Part shown: positions 61,925-64,000 of the stretch, piece after piece | How the letters are laid out: each line of letters starts with the position of its first letter | Position numbering within the stretch: the first letter of the stretch is position 1 | Program-made: the position numbers and the translations under genes | The notes under the pieces: model-generated | Told to the model about the DNA's origin: nothing | The model's input: the letters and a program-made list of their open reading frames with translations, nothing else | Database searches by the model: none | Source: Isurus oxyrinchus | Taxonomy: Eukaryota | Assembly (NCBI GenBank): GCA_026770705.1 | Contig: JANJGN010000088.1 | Span: forward strand, 930,001 to 994,000 | Direction: 5' to 3' | DNA: 64,000 nucleotides

Positions 61925-63712
61925 CAATATGGAGGGAGCTTTAGTCTGTATATAATCCTGTGCTTTTATCTGCCCTGGGAGTGTTTGATGGGAACAGTGT
62001 GGAGGGAGATTTACTCTCATCTAACTCCGTGCTGCACCTGTCCTGGGAGTGTTTGATGGGTACAGTGTAGAGGGAGCTTTACTCTGTATCTAACCCCGTG
62101 CTGTACCTGTTCTGGGAGTGTTTGATGAGGACAGTGTAGAGGGAGATTAACTCTGTATCTAACCCCGTGCTGTACCTGTTCTAGTAGTGTTTGATGAGGA
62201 CAGTGTAGAGGCACTTTAGTCTGTATATAATCCAGTGCTGTATCTGCCCAGGGAGTGTTTGATGGGGACAGTGTAGAGGGAGCTTTACTCTGTATCTAAC
62301 CCCGTGCTGTACCTGTCCTGGGAGTGTTTGATGGGTACAGTGTAGAGGGAGCTTTACACTGTATCTTAACCTGTGCTCTACATGTCCTAGGAGTGTTTGA
62401 TGGGGACAGTGTAGAGGGAGATTTACTCTGTATCTAACCCCGTGCTGTACCTGTCCTGGGAGTGTTTGATGAGGACAGTGTAGAGGGAGCTTCACTTTGT
62501 ATCTAACCCCGTGCTGTACCTGTCCTGGGAGTGTTTGATGGAGACAGTGTAGAGGGAACTTTACTCCGTATCTAACTCCGTGCTGCACCTGCACTTGGAA
62601 TGTTTTACTGGGACAGTATGGAGGAAACTTTACTCTGTGTCTAACTTCATGCTGTACCTGTCCTGGGAGTTTCATAGAGTCATAGAGTCATGGAGGTCTA
62701 CAGCACAGAAAAGGGCCCTTCAGCCCATAGAGTCTGCGCTGGTGAAACAAGGACCTAACTGTTCTAATCCCGTTTTCCAGCACTAGGCCCATAGCCTTGT
62801 ATGTCATGGCATCACAAGTGCACAAATACTTCTTGAATGTTATGAGGGTATCTGCCTCACCCACCCTGTCAGGCAGTGAGTTCCAGATTCCCACCACCCT
62901 CTGGGTGAAAAAAATTCTTCCTCACACCCCACTCTAAACCTCCTGGCCCCTACCTTAAATCTATGCCCCCTGGTTATTGATCCCTCCACCAAAGGGGAAA
63001 TGTTCCATCCCTGCCTACCCTATCTATGCCCCTCTTAATTTTACACACCTCAATCATGTCCCCCCTCAATCTCCTCTGTTTCAAGGAAAATAATCCCAGT
63101 TTATCCAATCTCTCCTCCATTTCTAAAGCTCTCCAGCCCAGGCAACATCCTGGTAAATCTCCTCTGCACTCTCTCTCGTGCAATCACATCCATCCTATAA
63201 AGCAGATTCCAGAATTGCACACAATACTCTTGTTGGGGACAGTGTAGAGGGAACTTTAGTCTGTATCTAACCCCATGTCGTACCTGCATTGGGAGAGTTT
63301 GATGGGGACAGTGTAGAGGCAGCTTTACTCTGTATATAACCCCGTGCTGTACCTGTCCTGGGAGTGTTAGATGGGGGCAGTGTAGAGGGAGCTTTACTCT
63401 GTATCTAACCCCGTGCTGTATCTGCCTTGGGAGTGTTTGATGGGGACAGTGTAGAGGGAGCTTTACTCTGTATCTAACCCCGTCCTGGTCCTGTCCAGGG
63501 ATTGTTTGATGGGGACAGTGTTGAGGGAGATTTACTCTGTATCCAACCCCGTGCTGTACCTGTCCTGGGAGTGCTTGATGGGGACAGTGTAGAGGGATCT
63601 TTACTCTGTATCTAACCCTGTGCTGTACCTGCCCTGGGAGTGTTTGATGGGGACAGTGTAGAGGGAGCTTTACTCTGTATTTAACCTGTGCTGCTCCTGT
63701 CCTGGGAGTGTT
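61925..63712. repeat. 69-bp tandem repeat array interrupted by a minus-strand CR1 3' fragment (about 62672-63230)
   Basis: Same unit as 34015-34995; insert encodes YCVQFWN...VQRRFTRMLPG and VGIWNSLP. Confidence 0.92.
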
Positions 63713-64000
63713 TTTATTTATTATTTTTACAGGATGTGGACATCACTGGCTTGGTCAGCATTGACCTAGAGAAGGTGGTGGTGAGCTGGCTTATTGACCT
63801 GCTGCAGGCCATGTGGTGTAGGTACATTCACAGTGCAGTGAGGGATGGATTACTGAATTTTGACCCAGCAGCAGTGAAGGGATGGTGACATATTTCCAAG
63901 TCAGGCTTGTGAGTGGGGTTCCCATGCATCTAATGTCCTTGTTCTTATAGGTGGTATAGGTTGCAAGCTTGGAAGGTGCTGTCGAGCCTTGGTAAGTTCC

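Overview
Eukaryotic, repeat-rich cartilaginous fish (shark-type) genomic DNA. It holds one complete, unrearranged, apparently intact immunoglobulin heavy-chain minilocus of the IgW (IgD-related) class on the minus strand, about 44.7 kb to 11 kb. Order 5'->3': leader, VH(23), (12)D1(23), (12)D2(23), (12)D3(12), (23)JH, CH1, CH2, [Cys-rich tail T1], CH3a, CH4a, [divergent Cys-rich tail T2], CH3b, CH4b, [Cys-rich tail T3], CH3c, CH4c, CH5, CH6 with canonical secretory tail, TM1a/TM2a, TM1b/TM2b. Tandem duplications have expanded three parts of the gene: a third D segment, a triplicated tail+CH3+CH4 module (10 C domains and 4 alternative secretory ends), and a duplicated transmembrane cassette. 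All exons were read by hand and have open frames and AG/GT boundaries in matching phase. The tail, TM, D and J exons are missing from the supplied ORF track. The rest of the window is decayed CR1-type and related LINEs, SINEs, a solo LTR, MITEs, Penelope-like hairpins and several minisatellites. The species cannot be determined, isoform predictions are inference, and repeat boundaries are approximate.
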